The notes under the pieces were generated by a model, which was given only the letters and a program-made list of their open reading frames with translations, ran no database searches and had not been told where the DNA came from. From Marsupella aquatica (Eukaryota > Plantae > Marchantiophyta), in NCBI GenBank assembly GCA_973895155.1, contig OZ316891.1:4869708-4933707 (forward strand): 64,000 bases of DNA, written 5' to 3'. Both the position numbers and the translations under genes were made by a program. Shown here in pieces: positions 1 through 16,545 of the stretch. Every line of letters starts with the position of its first letter. Positions within the stretch are counted from its first letter, which is position 1.

Positions 1-3000
1 GATTTGCATTTCTCTCCTCCTCCATGCTTCTCGCAGCGAATTCCTCTCGCACTTTGGCTCTAGTAACAAAATGCGCCAGATAGAACTTTCGAGCAAATTT
101 TTAAACCAGTCTGTCCCGCCCAGATCGAAGTCAGGGCTGCGTCTATTCACTCTTTCTCGGACTGTGATCAATGCTCAATGCCCGGATCTGAAAAGGATCG
201 ACAGAGCTGTGACCAATACCCAATGTACGAATTGGTCGATTTACCGGGATTTGTGGTCACGGTGATTCCGCTTATCCAGGACGAGACAGAAGCAACCACT
301 AAATTCGGAAAATCGATTCCACAAGTTGAGTACGATTGTAATTGGAATCCAAATTGTGGACACCTTCGCAAACCTTTGCTCCAGAATTTTCAGTGCCTGG
401 TGGAGCACCCCGGCGATGATCCCCTTGCCTCTACTTCTGAGCTCTTGAAGATTTTGTTGGATAAGATTTTGGATATAGATGCAAACCTCACCGAATCAAC
501 CTCAGCTATTTGACCCCCTCGGATTACGGTCTTCCTACTAGCCTGCCCTCTCTACCCTCACGAGATTGAGTGAGATCACTAGTTTCGAAACCTCCAAGAG
601 AAGTGTCTGCGAGGAACTCAATTGTTAGCCGTCGTTTCTTTGAAGACTTTGCCATCTACTGTACAGCTGGCCTTTCTCTACTAAGCAGTTTTGGAAAAGC
701 CCAATTCGAAATGTGGAGACTGTACTCACGCTTTTAGCAACAAGAAATTTCCTTCTTCGCCGTGTGGTACAACAGGGGAACCCTCCTTAATTTAGTTATG
801 TCTTAGGGAACACTTCTCCAGATGAAAGCCTACAAATGAGACAGTGTGAGCGTAGGCTAGACCGTGTGACGTGGGACTCACGTTTTGTGTCATTTGTCAC
901 AGGGCGTGTGAGAGTAAAAGAAAAAGTGCTGCGTAATTTTTGACCTTGTCCAAAACTAATCTGATGATCGACTTGTGGCACCGTTATCGACTTCCCTGAT
1001 GGAACTTCTTGGAATCATCGAGATCGGCAGCAAACACACAAGGTATTTTGAAGCCTTTGATGTCAGAGTTGAATTCAATGACATCATCATGTGCGTTGAT
1101 TACTCTTTTGAAACAGTAATCTGTTCAGGTTGTTCGGATCTTCACACTCCTAATTCTTAGCCTTAGAAATCTTACTGTAAGGGACTTGATGTTTTCGAAG
1201 GTTTGAAAGGAGTCTCAGTGCATCAGTTTGCAGATGGCGCTATGAGTCGACCTCTATGTGCAGGATTGTGTGAACCTGAGCAATAGGATTTGTTCAACGT
1301 ACAGGTGGACAAGGCCACCAGGTGTGCAGGTGACGCTTTTGCCTTAACTCTTGCCTTGTCGATCTTACGATGGCAATGGGAGGCAACAGTACTGGTTTTC
1401 GCTTTGCTCTTCACGAAAGGACTGGCACGGCGAAATTTTAATCTTAAGCTCACCAGCCGGGAATTCCATGATCCTCGAAGAAAACTTTTCATCTGCATTA
1501 AGATATGTACTCTCTCTTCTGTCGAAATATTCCAGTAAACTTCTTTTCCAGTCCTGTGATTTTACTTGCAACGATGGAAAAGCACGGGATCTCAGAGAAG
1601 ATCTCAATACAAAGCTGGATCGTTCCTTTCTTACCCGATGCTATTTAGTAGATCGAGAAGCAGTACTACTGGCCCGGGAAACCACAGCTAACCGAACCAT
1701 GACCTCTTCTCTCCTTCGCTGGCGGTGCCCAGGAGAGCATGAAAATGTAACCGAACCATGACCTGACAGTTCGCGTTGATAAACCAAGTTTAACATCGAC
1801 ACTGCTGACCTGGGAACCCATACCATATGGTTGGTGGAACGTATTACAGCTACTTCGAGAAATTATTGAGAAATCGTTTCTCAGTCAACGGTCACAGTAT
1901 CCCCAATTGACTTGGATTGCGTCCTGATTGCAATTAACAAACGACTTGCGTGCCTACTACAGTCTACCGAACGCATTCGAGTCGATTCCGCTCGCACCGT
2001 GGAGAGGCTTTTGTGGGAGAGGGAGAACTAGATCACGGAAAATCTTCGGAAGTTGCTCTCCTCCGAAGCATCTGCCCCAGGCACATGCAGCAGGGAGGGA
2101 CGAGGCGAGACGTTACCATAGAAGGTAGTCCCAAGGCGCGCACTGTAGTGCACGAAATTTGTCGATTCCTGCGTTTTTAATTGTGTTTTTAATTGTCTTT
2201 CCTCTTTCGCGGGTGTTTTGGGGGACATTCGAGCCCATAATGTTCTTCAAACAGGGCGTTCCTACACACGAATCATCCTCCCTTTGGTTCCTTTCGGCGT
2301 TCCCCAACTAGGAGGGAGGGAGGGAGTGAGGGAGGGAGTGAGGGGGGCAGTAGGGAAGAATCCGAACCTTAAAAGATACATCAGGACGAACGGTAAGAGA
2401 GAGGCCGGAATGTTCCCCCGGTCTAGTACAGTACAGACTCAGTCGACGAACCCTCCCAAAGAAATCTACGTAGTACTAAATTATGGTGCGGGAAGCCAAG
2501 CTAGACTGAAGAACCTATAAGCGGGGGATCGAAGTCAGGTGTTTTGTTGGAGAAGAATCTTCCCGCGTGCTGGCGTACATACTCGCTGTTCTGCATCCTC
2601 GAAGATCTTGGCAAGCTCCTTTGTCTGGTCGAGGTCTGGCTCACTAGTTCCTACGTTGAGCTTTGCGATCGTACCACGACTACTGTCTTGGTTGACATGT
2701 GAATTCTCTCGTCAGTTTATTTCTCTCTTCTTCACGGAGGGAGGTTCGCGGGTCCCACTTGGGAAGCGGTGGATTTTAACGATCCTCACTAACAACAGAA
2801 CATATAAAAGGTACACCCAAATGGCTGCCTGTTCTGGTGAATGAGAGGCCGATGACACTTCCTGCACTTCAAGCAATTATGCTGTGGAAAATAATGGAGG
2901 TGAAGCAAAGTGCTCAATCAGAAAGTTGAGTGTCACAACCTCTATCATCGTCTACCAGCTCCGTCCCTTTATTTGAAGTACTATCTTGCTTGTTGGTCTG

Positions 3001-3396
3001 CTCTGAATCTTGGTCTTTGTCAGGGTTCTTTCAAATCAAAAGAGTGCAATCTTCCCGCGTCTTGAACACTTGGCCTCCATGCTCGCTGCTCCCCCTCGGA
3101 TCAGCCACAAGGTCGGCTTATTTCGTTCGTGTCTAAGAAGCAAGAGCCTCTGGTTGTCGGAGTCGAATCCTTACATTCAAGGGCAAGAACATCGACTTGA
3201 TTGGGAGTGTTTTCAGTCCGATTCGCTCAATTTTGCTGAAGAGTGGGAGGCCGGGGCCTGTTACTGCAAGTGGGTATGTCATTGAGCATGTCTTACCACC
3301 GGCTGTAGCAGTTCGAGAAGCCACCACGTGGTGAGGCTACATTGCGTATGCATGCAGCACGGTCTTGGATAGGAACTAGAGAAATGTTCTGGAGCG

Positions 3397-4683
3397 ATGG
3401 AGGGCATGGGACAGCAACATATTCAAAGGCAACGGGACGTCGATCCGTGCGGATGCCTTTGCTGCAGAGGGAGGACGAAGAGAGACGAGGAGATTGGAGA
3501 AGAGAGAAGACCTCGTCAGGTTAAGAAGTCTTTCTGGAGGAGGAGGAGGATGGGGACGCATGATGGAGAGGAGGGGAGGATCGCAACTCGGGACCTAGAG
3601 GGGATTGTCAATGCTAATGACCCGGAGGCTCGGCCGGATCATTTAGTGATTCTTGTGAACGGCATCGTCGGCAGCGCGAACGACTGGCGATTCGCCGCGG
3701 AGCGAATGAGAATAAGATTAGGGCGAAATGTTGCCATTCACTGCAGCTCTAACAATTCTGCCTTGAAGACGTTCCATGGCGTGGACGTCATGGGGAAGCG
3801 TTTGGCTCATGAGGTGCGAGAGGTAATTGATAGGACGCCTAGTGCGACGAGGATTTCGTTTCTAGCACATTCTCTTGGAGGCTTGGTGTCACGGTACGCA
3901 ATTGCAGAGCTGTATCAGCCTCGAACCTCGCACGTTCAGGATTTTGGGGAGGATATCATGCATAGGGATAATAATGCAGCTGCAGGAGGGCCCTCGGAGG
4001 TCACTATTGGAGGATTAAGGCCGGAGAATTTTATTACACTGGCGACGCCCCATTTAGGTTGCAGAGGTGCTGAGCAGTTGCCGTTTTTGCGTGGAATTCA
4101 AGTGCTTGAGAAAGCAGCTCCCTCCTTAGCACACTGGTTTGTGGGGAGAACGGGGAAGCACTTGTTTCTAGCCGATGCAATTGGCAAAGAGCTACCGTTG
4201 CTGAGGAAGATGGTGACGGACTGCCAAGAAGGGCAGTTCATGTCAAGTCTGGGATCTTTCAGAAGACGGACACTCTATGCGAATGTGGTCAATGATCACG
4301 TGGTTGGATGGCGGACATCTTCGATTCGTCTGAAGTCGGAGAAGCCTGATGTAAACCGTAAGCCTGTAGATCCCAAGTACCCACATATTATCCGAGAAGA
4401 GGAGCCGGTTGCTCCTTTGGGGGAGGATCTTACTGTTGGAATCCTCAGACGTGAAGGCAAACGGGGAGATGATTTACTGGAAGAAGAAATGGTCGCAGGA
4501 CTTACGCAACTCGCCTGGCATAGAGTGGATGTTCGTTTCAGAGTAGAGAAAGGATTTTGTCCGGCACACAACCTCATCCAGGTGAAGAACCCGAAGCTCC
4601 ATTATGCAGGAGTTGATGTTATAGAACACATCATAGACAAGCAATTTGTGGCTGACCAGTTGGATGAGCAATTGGATGTTTGA
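3397..4683 (+). CDS. DUF676 (ROG1-like putative serine esterase/lipase) alpha/beta-hydrolase, 428 aa, intronless
   Basis: PDHLVILVNGIVGS, nucleophile elbow SFLAHSLGG, NFITLATPHLG, YANVVNDHVVGWRTSSIR and C-terminal AHNLIQV are motifs typical of plant DUF676 proteins; single uninterrupted ORF. Confidence 0.9.
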   Translation: MEGMGQQHIQRQRDVDPCGCLCCRGRTKRDEEIGEERRPRQVKKSFWRRRRMGTHDGEEGRIATRDLEGIVNANDPEARPDHLVILVNGIVGSANDWRFAAERMRIRLGRNVAIHCSSNNSALKTFHGVDVMGKRLAHEVREVIDRTPSATRISFLAHSLGGLVSRYAIAELYQPRTSHVQDFGEDIMHRDNNAAAGGPSEVTIGGLRPENFITLATPHLGCRGAEQLPFLRGIQVLEKAAPSLAHWFVGRTGKHLFLADAIGKELPLLRKMVTDCQEGQFMSSLGSFRRRTLYANVVNDHVVGWRTSSIRLKSEKPDVNRKPVDPKYPHIIREEEPVAPLGEDLTVGILRREGKRGDDLLEEEMVAGLTQLAWHRVDVRFRVEKGFCPAHNLIQVKNPKLHYAGVDVIEHIIDKQFVADQLDEQLDV

Positions 4684-6344
4684 GCAGGATGACACGCATT
4701 TTGCTTCCCCTTCCTGTCGCCTGGTTTGAATTGATGGTGTGAATCTCAGACTCCAATGACCAGTAGGATACATGAGACAAAACGAAGCACGGGGGATGGT
4801 ATGTTTCATCTCGTTTTTCGTCATCTATTCAGTAGATGGTGGTGTGGGTCTCAGAATCCAATCTTCCCCACCACTGTAGTCAATGACAGTTTTCGTGCCA
4901 TCAATGATTAGTCTGAATTAGGAAAAATCCGTTGCGAAAACTAAGGTCGCCATGACCATTTCTCAGGAGGGTGCAAGGCTCGCAGCAATTTTGACCCAGG
5001 TAACAAAAGTCGCACACATATCAAGGATTCATCAACGATTGTTTGATTCATTACCCATACTAGAGAGTAGTGGACTCGTCACAAACTCTGCACTGGGTTT
5101 TAGCTCTCTTGTTCTCCAGTTTTCCATGGTAGGGCTTGGGCTACTCAAAGCTATGGACTCGTCAGTCTCGAAATCATTCAATTAGTTCATTAGACTCCGA
5201 ATCATTTTATTAGTTTATGTCACTCTGACATCAGACAGTTGGGCAGGCCATTAGACTTCTAGTTGAGATCAGACACCTTGATCTGCTCAGTAGTCTTAGT
5301 GTTTGCAGCCCTCATTGTCTGATCCGTGAACGATTCAGTGCGGGAAATGTTTGTAATTGTAGGCCCCAGGGCCAACCTCTGAAAAGTAATTTCATTCATT
5401 CGCACATTTTTAACGAGACAAGTCCAGCAGTGCTTGCAAGGTATCCGTGTTAGCATGAGCTTCCTAAGCAGTGACGCGGATACGGGAAAAAAAACCTGAA
5501 AAGGTTTCATTCATTCTCAGAATTAAGTGCTGCTAGAAATGCAAAAATTGCAAAATCAATGCTTAACGAACACAGACTACACTTTGAGGTCCTGTTCAGC
5601 CTTATTCTCCTTGCATCAACTTATACGCGAAGGAGATGGGAATTCAGTTGGATTCAATTCACTTCGGAGCAAACAAGCCGTTCCGTTGTGTTTGGCTTCT
5701 TTGCTAGTGAGGAACTGAAGGGCAAGATGACAAACGAATATAATGCAATAATGATTTGGGATTTAAAATTGAAACTAGAATATCGTGGCTCGTTTACTTA
5801 AACCTCTTTAGGACCAAGGTTTGGTAAGGACATGAAATTTATGTTCAATTCAATCCCCATTAGGCACAAATGAGTGGTTTTGTTCTTTCTTATATCTCAC
5901 AATCTGAAGTGCTCACGAATTGAGGCAGACCTAACTCCTAACCACGCAGACGGCAGCAATTTGACCACAGAATCTCAAACTTCACCTACATTCAAAACAC
6001 GGTTGATTCAAGCACGAAAAAATTTGTAAAAATAGCAGCCGAGATGAAGATGCACACATTTTCGAAATTTCAAGAGTCCCCGAAAACTACCGGATCCATT
6101 TTGCCAAAAACAAGCCGCTTTGCAAACGCTTGGTCAGCGAAGGAATCCACAAAAGAAAAGTAGACTCATCCAGTTCTGCAACTGTATCAAGTATTTGTCT
6201 AGTACAAATCAAAGATCTTGCTCACGCTTTGCAGAATTTCACAGATTAATTTCAAAAGCTACACATGGATTGCAGCCACAGCGTAATGACGGGATCCAGA
6301 AAGCCAACAGTTCAGCAGTCCTCTGAAGCCATTTTATTTTCTCT

Positions 6345-6655
6345 ATTTAAAAAATTAGCCAAGACAATAGCTCCCTATTGGCCTATAAAAAATTAGCCAA
6401 GGTGGCTCCCTACTGGCCTATGGAGTAAGGAAAGTTGGCATTGCATGTGCTTTGGGTTGGAGCCAACTTGCTAATAGTCTTGGGTTGAGAGTAAGTTTAC
6501 TAACTTGCTAATAGTCTTGGGTTGATAGTAAGTTTACTGGCTAATCTGGAAGTTTAGCAGTGCACTCAGGCCAATGGTAACTTGAATAGCTGGGCTAGCT
6601 CATTCTTGGGAAAACTAGGCTAGATCATTCTTGGGAAAACTAGGCTAGCTCATTG
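6345..6655. repeat. Cluster of short tandem duplications (about 24-40 bp units)
   Basis: aaaattagccaag..gctccctattggccta x2; aacttgctaatagtcttgggttga.agtaagtttact x2; gctag.tcattcttgggaaaactag x2. Confidence 0.7.
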
Positions 6656-7664
6656 TCAACCACTGGCAACCGTGTACATTACATGGTAATGAGTGCAGGT
6701 GAACAGCCCTTATCTTGCCTACGGCTTGCTGCTGGATGATGCCAGCCCTTGATCCTGATGTGGCAAATGGCTGCCATTTTCTCCAGAACTTAGCCCGAGT
6801 ATCATTAGCCAGCCCCTTTTCTAGATAAGTCTTTGGCAAATTTTTGCCAAAAAAAAGGCTCCCTTGTGTTGACTGGTCAGTTGATGTGTAGCCGGCCAAT
6901 CCCACTTGAACACCCACCTCAAGCCAAAGGGATTGACAACAATTGCATTACGCCAGTTGGACCGGCTGGAATAGAGGAGACCAGACAACTCTTGAGCTTG
7001 GGATCCGAAGGATGCTCTCCTCATCCTTACGGTTTGCTCGAACTTTAAGCAATCCTCCCCAAATGGCAAAAAAAAATTTAAGAACTATATTATCTAGATA
7101 AATGAGAAAAAAAAAATTGTCTTGAGATGTTTCCCGCTCAAAAGGATGAATTTACGTATCTCATTTCCTGCAATGGAGACTGTCTGCCAGCCTACACTTG
7201 CTGGGATGACCATTGTTGAAAAAGCCTTATGTGGATCTGTCCACCCTAGGTAACATTCAGAAAACATTGTGAAGACATATGACATTCTCATGACTTCATC
7301 CTCTGGTGCGCAGCAGGCAGCAGATTATACCAGGCAACATTGAACAAATGGGGCCATTGGAGTCTCCGGGGAAGGCTTCTCCAGAAAGCTTGAGTCTCCA
7401 ATTTGCCTTTTATCTTGACCATAGGGACCAAAGTAGTGCGGGCAAAGAGCAGTTGTAGGGTAATGTGTAGGTGACTCTATCCTAAAGCTCTAGCTTAGTC
7501 TTCTGTAATTATTATAAATGGACTGTGTGCCTACTCCTTCCAGATCCCACAGCCACAATTGTAAGGTTACAAGAAAGTTTGCTTAATACATATGTATCAA
7601 ACTTCCAAAGAACAAAACAATTAAACAATCTCCCATGCTATAAGGTGAGTATCTCACCCGCCTA

Positions 7665-8730
7665 ATTGTCTCATTGAGATTTTTATTATTGGACTTTGAA
7701 AGCATCCACCCCCCCCCCCCCCTTACTGTTTTAAATTTCTCTTTCGAGTTCCTCATTTTAGGTCTACATTAATTTTTCAAACTTGTGAACCCTTTGGTAC
7801 AATATGTTGTTTGTATCCTTATATTTAAGTTATTTTAACATTTAAACACTTAGGATACCTAAAGCCAAACCGGTGTCTTCAATTCCCAAACGTGTGAGGG
7901 AGCCAAGGAGTACGTGTTAGTGTGCCAACCCTTCCCGTTTTAACCCCGGGTTTAACTAGTACTCAGAGTGTTGTTTCCTAATTTTATGGTTCTGAGTGAC
8001 TTTAGTCATTATGAGAAAAAACAAGAAACGTTAACGACTTTCTTGAAAGAGATTCATAATCTTTTAAAAGTTAAATTGTTATGTACCAGACAAATGGCAT
8101 GTGGGTATAAAGGCGGGGCCAACATTTTGTAAGGCCACGAGTAGTACAGAGAGGGCACATTCACCCAAAACTACTTTATTCATGCTTTATTTAACTAAGG
8201 TGATCCGTAAAATATTCATCCAAACCCTAAAAATGAATGATTAACTATTCTACCTATTATAATCTTTTTAGTGGGAAAGACTACAAGACAAGCTACTTTG
8301 TTTTATTTTGGGGATCCCCACAACTTTAGCTAACTTAGAGAAAATTGTTTTAATTTACTAATTTGTCTAGATACAATAGAGAAGAGAGCTTTTCCTAAAG
8401 TGTCAAAACGTAGGTGAGTCGCTTACTGTAGTCCTACAAGTTTTTAAATATCATTTGGTTAGAGCAACCTTTTGGTGTTACCTTGTTGGGGAGCCTACTC
8501 AGGTTACTTTGTCTTATTGAGATTTTTTATTTGTATTTTTGTTTTGATTTATTCTATACAAGGTGTATCCTTTGTATTTTGGACTCTGGAATTATTTTTA
8601 CCCCCCCCCCCCTTTTAATTTCTTGTTTGAGACCTACTTTAGGCCTATATTTAGTTTTCAATCTTGTCCATCCCTTGTTAAAATATGTTGATTTATATTT
8701 ATATTCAAGTTATGTTAAATTGATTCTTCA
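7665..8730. repeat. Old degenerate repeat; 7665-7850 resembles 8510-8730, and 7940-8390 resembles 10680-11165
   Basis: Shared blocks such as tcattatgagaaaaa, ggggccaaca, catccaaac.ctaaaa..gaatgattaactatt and gggga.tccccac; AT-rich, no meaningful ORF. Confidence 0.55.
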
Positions 8731-9220
8731 TACATAGTGTAATACAGTACATTAGTTAGAAATGATGTAAATTATAAATTTTGAACTTTTTCTAACTCAA
8801 AGGTACAATCTAGTTACCTTTGTAGCAATTTAGATCAACTGAGCATTTTACCTAATGTTATGCTTCATCGGAGGCTATTGCCTCTATTGGACAAGGATCG
8901 CCAATATAAATCTTTGCTCTTTGCATGCTATCAAGAAAGAAGACTGGACATCATTGAAGAAGCAATGCAGGTTAGAAGATTCAAGAACTGGCCTCCAAAA
9001 TACTTCTTCAGCAAGAATGAGCTTTGTATGCAATTATCACGATCAACTGATCTCTGCTATTTTAATTAAATAGTTATCATAATCAGAAAAGTATCATACT
9101 TTTTCAGGAGGTAGTAGTTGCGTAGTAGAATCATCCCTGAAAGTTTAAGCTCAAACCAACTCGTGGTTTGAAAGTTAGAATTAATTTAGTTTTGCTGTTT
9201 TTCGCATTGCCGCGACTTCG

Positions 9221-9680
9221 CCGATGCTTTGTAAAGCGTCCCTTGTAATTTTGGACGCTTTGAGAAGCGTACATCCAAGACCACGACGCTTTGAGAAGCG
9301 TCCACATGAGAAGCGAGGCTTTCGGAAACGTCCGCCAAGTATCAACGCCTGACTGAAGCATCCACTATGTTCCCGACACTTAGAAACATTTTCAGTTTTC
9401 GCACTTTTATAACACCGCGCCGCTTTTACCAATTTATTTGAGACACTTAGAGGTCTCAAAAAAGTCTGAAACTTTGTCAGCATAGAGATTATATGTAGTA
9501 GAGTACCCTAGAAAAGTTTCAATTCATCCTGACTCTTAGTTTAGAAGTTAAAATTAGATTAAGATCATTGTTTATTAATTTTATCGCAAACACTGACGCT
9601 TTGCAAAGCGTCCACTCAAACCTCGACGCTTTGAGAAGAGTCCCCTGCATTTTCGACACTTTCAACAGTGTCCATTCACT
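9221..9680. repeat. Array of short palindromes GACGCTT-N4-AAGCGTC with about 30-bp period, probably subterminal repeats of a DNA-transposon relic
   Basis: gatgctttgtaaagcgtc (9223), gacgctttgagaagcgta (9254), gacgctttgagaagcgtc (9285), gaggctttcggaaacgtc, gacgctttgcaaagcgtc (9595), gacgctttgagaagagtc (9625). Confidence 0.65.
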
Positions 9681-10679
9681 TTTCAAGGATGACCATCATT
9701 AAGTTTAATTCAGGACCCTTCAGATATGAAAGGGCATGTCCTTTCAGTATCTCAGTCTCCTTGGGTTCCTGCTAGCCTATATGAAATAGAATTTGTATCA
9801 TTTTCAAGTGTGAATAAATAAAGTAGTGCTTGTGGCATGTGTTGCACCATTGAATCACCTTTGCAAAGTAAAGCTTTCATGTTGTTTTTGTATGGAGCTT
9901 ACAAATGCAGAAGGAATTCTTCTCCCTTCCTTGGTCTGAATGATCGAGAGTTTAGATCATTGAAGTAAAATTATTTGTATGGAGTTGAATCTCAGAAGTA
10001 TGAGGGAATAGATTCCTTAAGCGGTGACAACCCATCTTCTTGAGTTCTTGATGCATAGTTTTTGGCGTGATATTGCTTGTGCATGGGATGCAAAGATTGT
10101 TACTCACCAATTACCTGTGACTTCAATTTGATCATGATGGTGTTTATTATTCGTGACTCAGAGTACCGACTGGATATCAAAGTGATTTATTACTAGTTTC
10201 TTCTTAGTACCTTTGGAAGGAAAAGTTGAGACGTGTTGACGGCATTTTAGTAATCATCCTAGTACAGTAAACCATTCCAAAAATGTTCTTACGGATATAC
10301 CACCCCAAATCACATCAAATGAAGTGTTGGTGAGAAGTTACCTTGGTGTTTTCCAAACTCCCTCATCATACCTCAAGATTTTATTGTGTTTTGTTATTTG
10401 TTTTCATTTTATTAATTGCATTTACAATGTTAAGCAAACATTCAAATCTATGTCTTGCTAAGCAATCATAGTAAAAGGCTCAAACCTGTGTTTTTGTTAC
10501 CTTAGTCATTCATAAGTGTTAAACGATAGAAAATCATTTCTTACTTATTCTTCCATGGGATCGAATACCGAGTTTTGGACATTAAATGCTGATTTATGTC
10601 CTTAGTGCAATACTATACATAGACCTTGAGCTTTTTGTTCTCAATGGTGTGATGGAATCAAGAGTTGTGAGAAACAAAC

Positions 10680-11165
10680 GTTTCAGCCCCTCTTAATAAG
10701 AACTCAAAGTTATGTTCCCTAAGTTTATGGTTTTGAGTAACACACGCGTCGCTAACCTAAATCATTATGAGAAAAACATTAGAGTCCCGCCATTTTTTTG
10801 AAAGGGATTCACACGAGTTTAGAATCGAACACTCCCTTGTCTACTAGAAAAATGACATGTGGAGATAGAAGTGGGGCCAACACGTAATAAAGAGATAAGT
10901 TGTGAGAAGAAGACACTTTGTAAAGGAATAAGCATTGAGGCTCAAGTACCAAGTCACCCACAATTAATTTATTCTCCCTTTAAATTAAGGGGTTACTAAA
11001 AATTCCATCCAAACTCTAAAATGGAATGATTAACTATTTTTCTGAGCATGGGAATCCTTTTGAGGGGAAACACACCAAAATAGACTATTTTACCTTTTTA
11101 GGGGAATCCCCACACTTTTAGGTACCTTAAGAATATTTGTTATCTTGTTTATCTAGATATTATAG
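10680..11165. repeat. Second diverged copy of the 7940-8390 repeat
   Basis: Colinear similarity to 7940-8390 in the same orientation. Confidence 0.55.
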
Positions 11166-11764
11166 TTTTAAACCATTACTAGCCATGACAATTAATCCCT
11201 GGACCCCCATGTTCATCCAAGGAACATGTGTGTGATGAAGTGAAATCAATTTTCAACAAGACGGTAACCAATGATTTTGAGTCTCCCAGTGGTCTTGATG
11301 TGTGCTCGTACAAAAGAGAATGCTCGAAAGATAGAGGAGATCGATCTGACTGAGATGATCTCTCTGGTTTATCAAACGAAAGGTTGAATGTGGAAGATTG
11401 AGTTTTTTGATGGTTTTCGCTTACACATTGGAGAAATCGTGTTTCTACTAGCATTCCTTATTGATCGTTTATGAGTTACATTGAACATTACCGCCACAAG
11501 ACAGACTAGAAGACAACACTTAGCTGTTGGCAAAAGAATGTTTGTCATTTTGGTGAGACGAACGCACGAAACGGATGAGTCATCACTTCACATGAAAGTT
11601 TGGTAGTTTTTTTATTTAAGAAAGCTATGGTGTGAGGGGGAGACCAACAATTGTTTCCTCGACAGAGAGGTTGCATTTGGCGGCAACATGTGTTCAGAGT
11701 GAGCTTCAGGTGAAGACTGGAGGGAAGCAAACAATTCAAGTCGGGAAGCAAGCGCCTCGATTTA

Positions 11765-12040
11765 TCTTCCCGATCGAAAGAGTTGGGGATTACAATATTC
11801 TACTAGACAATAGAAATATGAGCTGCGGTGAGATTCACTTCGGTGATAAGATGATTTGGCGAAGCCGGATTGCGACTCTGCTAAGAAAGGATAATCTCTG
11901 TATCGGGGTCGGGAATGTGGACGGTGTCTCGATTGTAAGGGTTCAAAGGTGCGAGCAAAGTCTCTCCTCGGGAGATCGGGGTTTTGCTAAGAAGACATGG
12001 CGTCGACGATTGCATCTGCTTCACTGCCTTGATTCCATCT
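11765..12040 (-). pseudogene. OPR: Degenerate duplicate of an OPR 3' coding end plus 3' UTR, directly downstream of OPR copy 1
   Basis: Colinear with about 12035-12335 (ggattacaatattcta, atgatttggcgaag, aagaaaggataatct, gattgtaagggttcaaaggtgcg, gggagatcggggttt), with several small deletions. Confidence 0.85.
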
Positions 12041-12120
12041 TTCCGATCGATAGAGTCGGGGATTACAATATTCTATTTGGAAAAATAGAAATATGAGCTG
12101 CGTTGCTACTCACTTTGGTA

Positions 12121-15828
<3,708 letters not shown>

Positions 15829-15989
15829 CGAGTTCCCTGACAGTACGGCACAACAGAATCAGAAATTGTCCGATTCTTCTCACCTTCCTCGGTCCCAATG
15901 CTCACGATTCTTTCTCCATTCGCCAACTTCTTCTTCCTTCTTTAACCGTTATTTATATTTCACACAGCCAAAGAACAAAAAACGCCACA

Positions 15990-16545
15990 CCAGAAGACAA
16001 GTCAGGATCCCAAAGACGGAATACCCGATACAGAGAAACTCCACCGTAATTCACAGACTTCAATCCCATTGACGTCCTTTTTACAAAGACACCAGGAGAA
16101 CAAAACTCGCCAGACCGGAAGACAGGATCTCAAAGACACAAGACCCAGTAAAGAGAAACTCCACCTTAATTCACAGACTTCAATCGCATTGACGTACTTT
16201 TACAAAGACATCGGGAGACAGGATCTCAATGCTGAAGACCCAAAAACGCGAAACTCCTCCTGAATCCACAGACTTCAATCCCTTGCTCTCAATTGCAGTG
16301 ACGTCCTTTCTGACTGCCGTTTCGGGACATTCGGCAGCTCTATGGCTGGACAGTAATATTGGAGCCGGCACGCTCGAATCTTTGGCAAGTGAACGATTGT
16401 TGCAACCGTCAGCCTCGACTCCACGAGAACCTTCATGAGAAGCAGAGGCATTATTTTTTGCAATCACGGGACTGCACGGGGTCTCATAGAACCTTCGTGA
16501 GAAGCAGAGGCATTATTTTGCATACAGTGCACGGGGTCTCACAGA
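15990..16545. repeat. Tandem repeats upstream of OPR copy 1 (about 120-bp unit x2-3, then about 62-bp unit x2)
   Basis: gagaaactccacc.taattcacagacttcaatc.cattgacgt.cttttacaaagaca repeated; gaaccttc.tgagaagcagaggcattatttt..tgcacggggtctca repeated. Confidence 0.7.

Noticed and set aside
1-3300. Many short ORFs with moderately coding-like composition
   Set aside because: No recognisable domain or consistent exon chain; possibly a decayed gene or UTR/promoter, but not supportable.
9800-10680. Possible Athila-like LTR remnant
   Set aside because: Only vague compositional resemblance; no termini or TSD found.
11632-12096. 154-aa plus-strand ORF with an internal repeat
   Set aside because: It is the antisense reading of the duplicated OPR 3' fragment.
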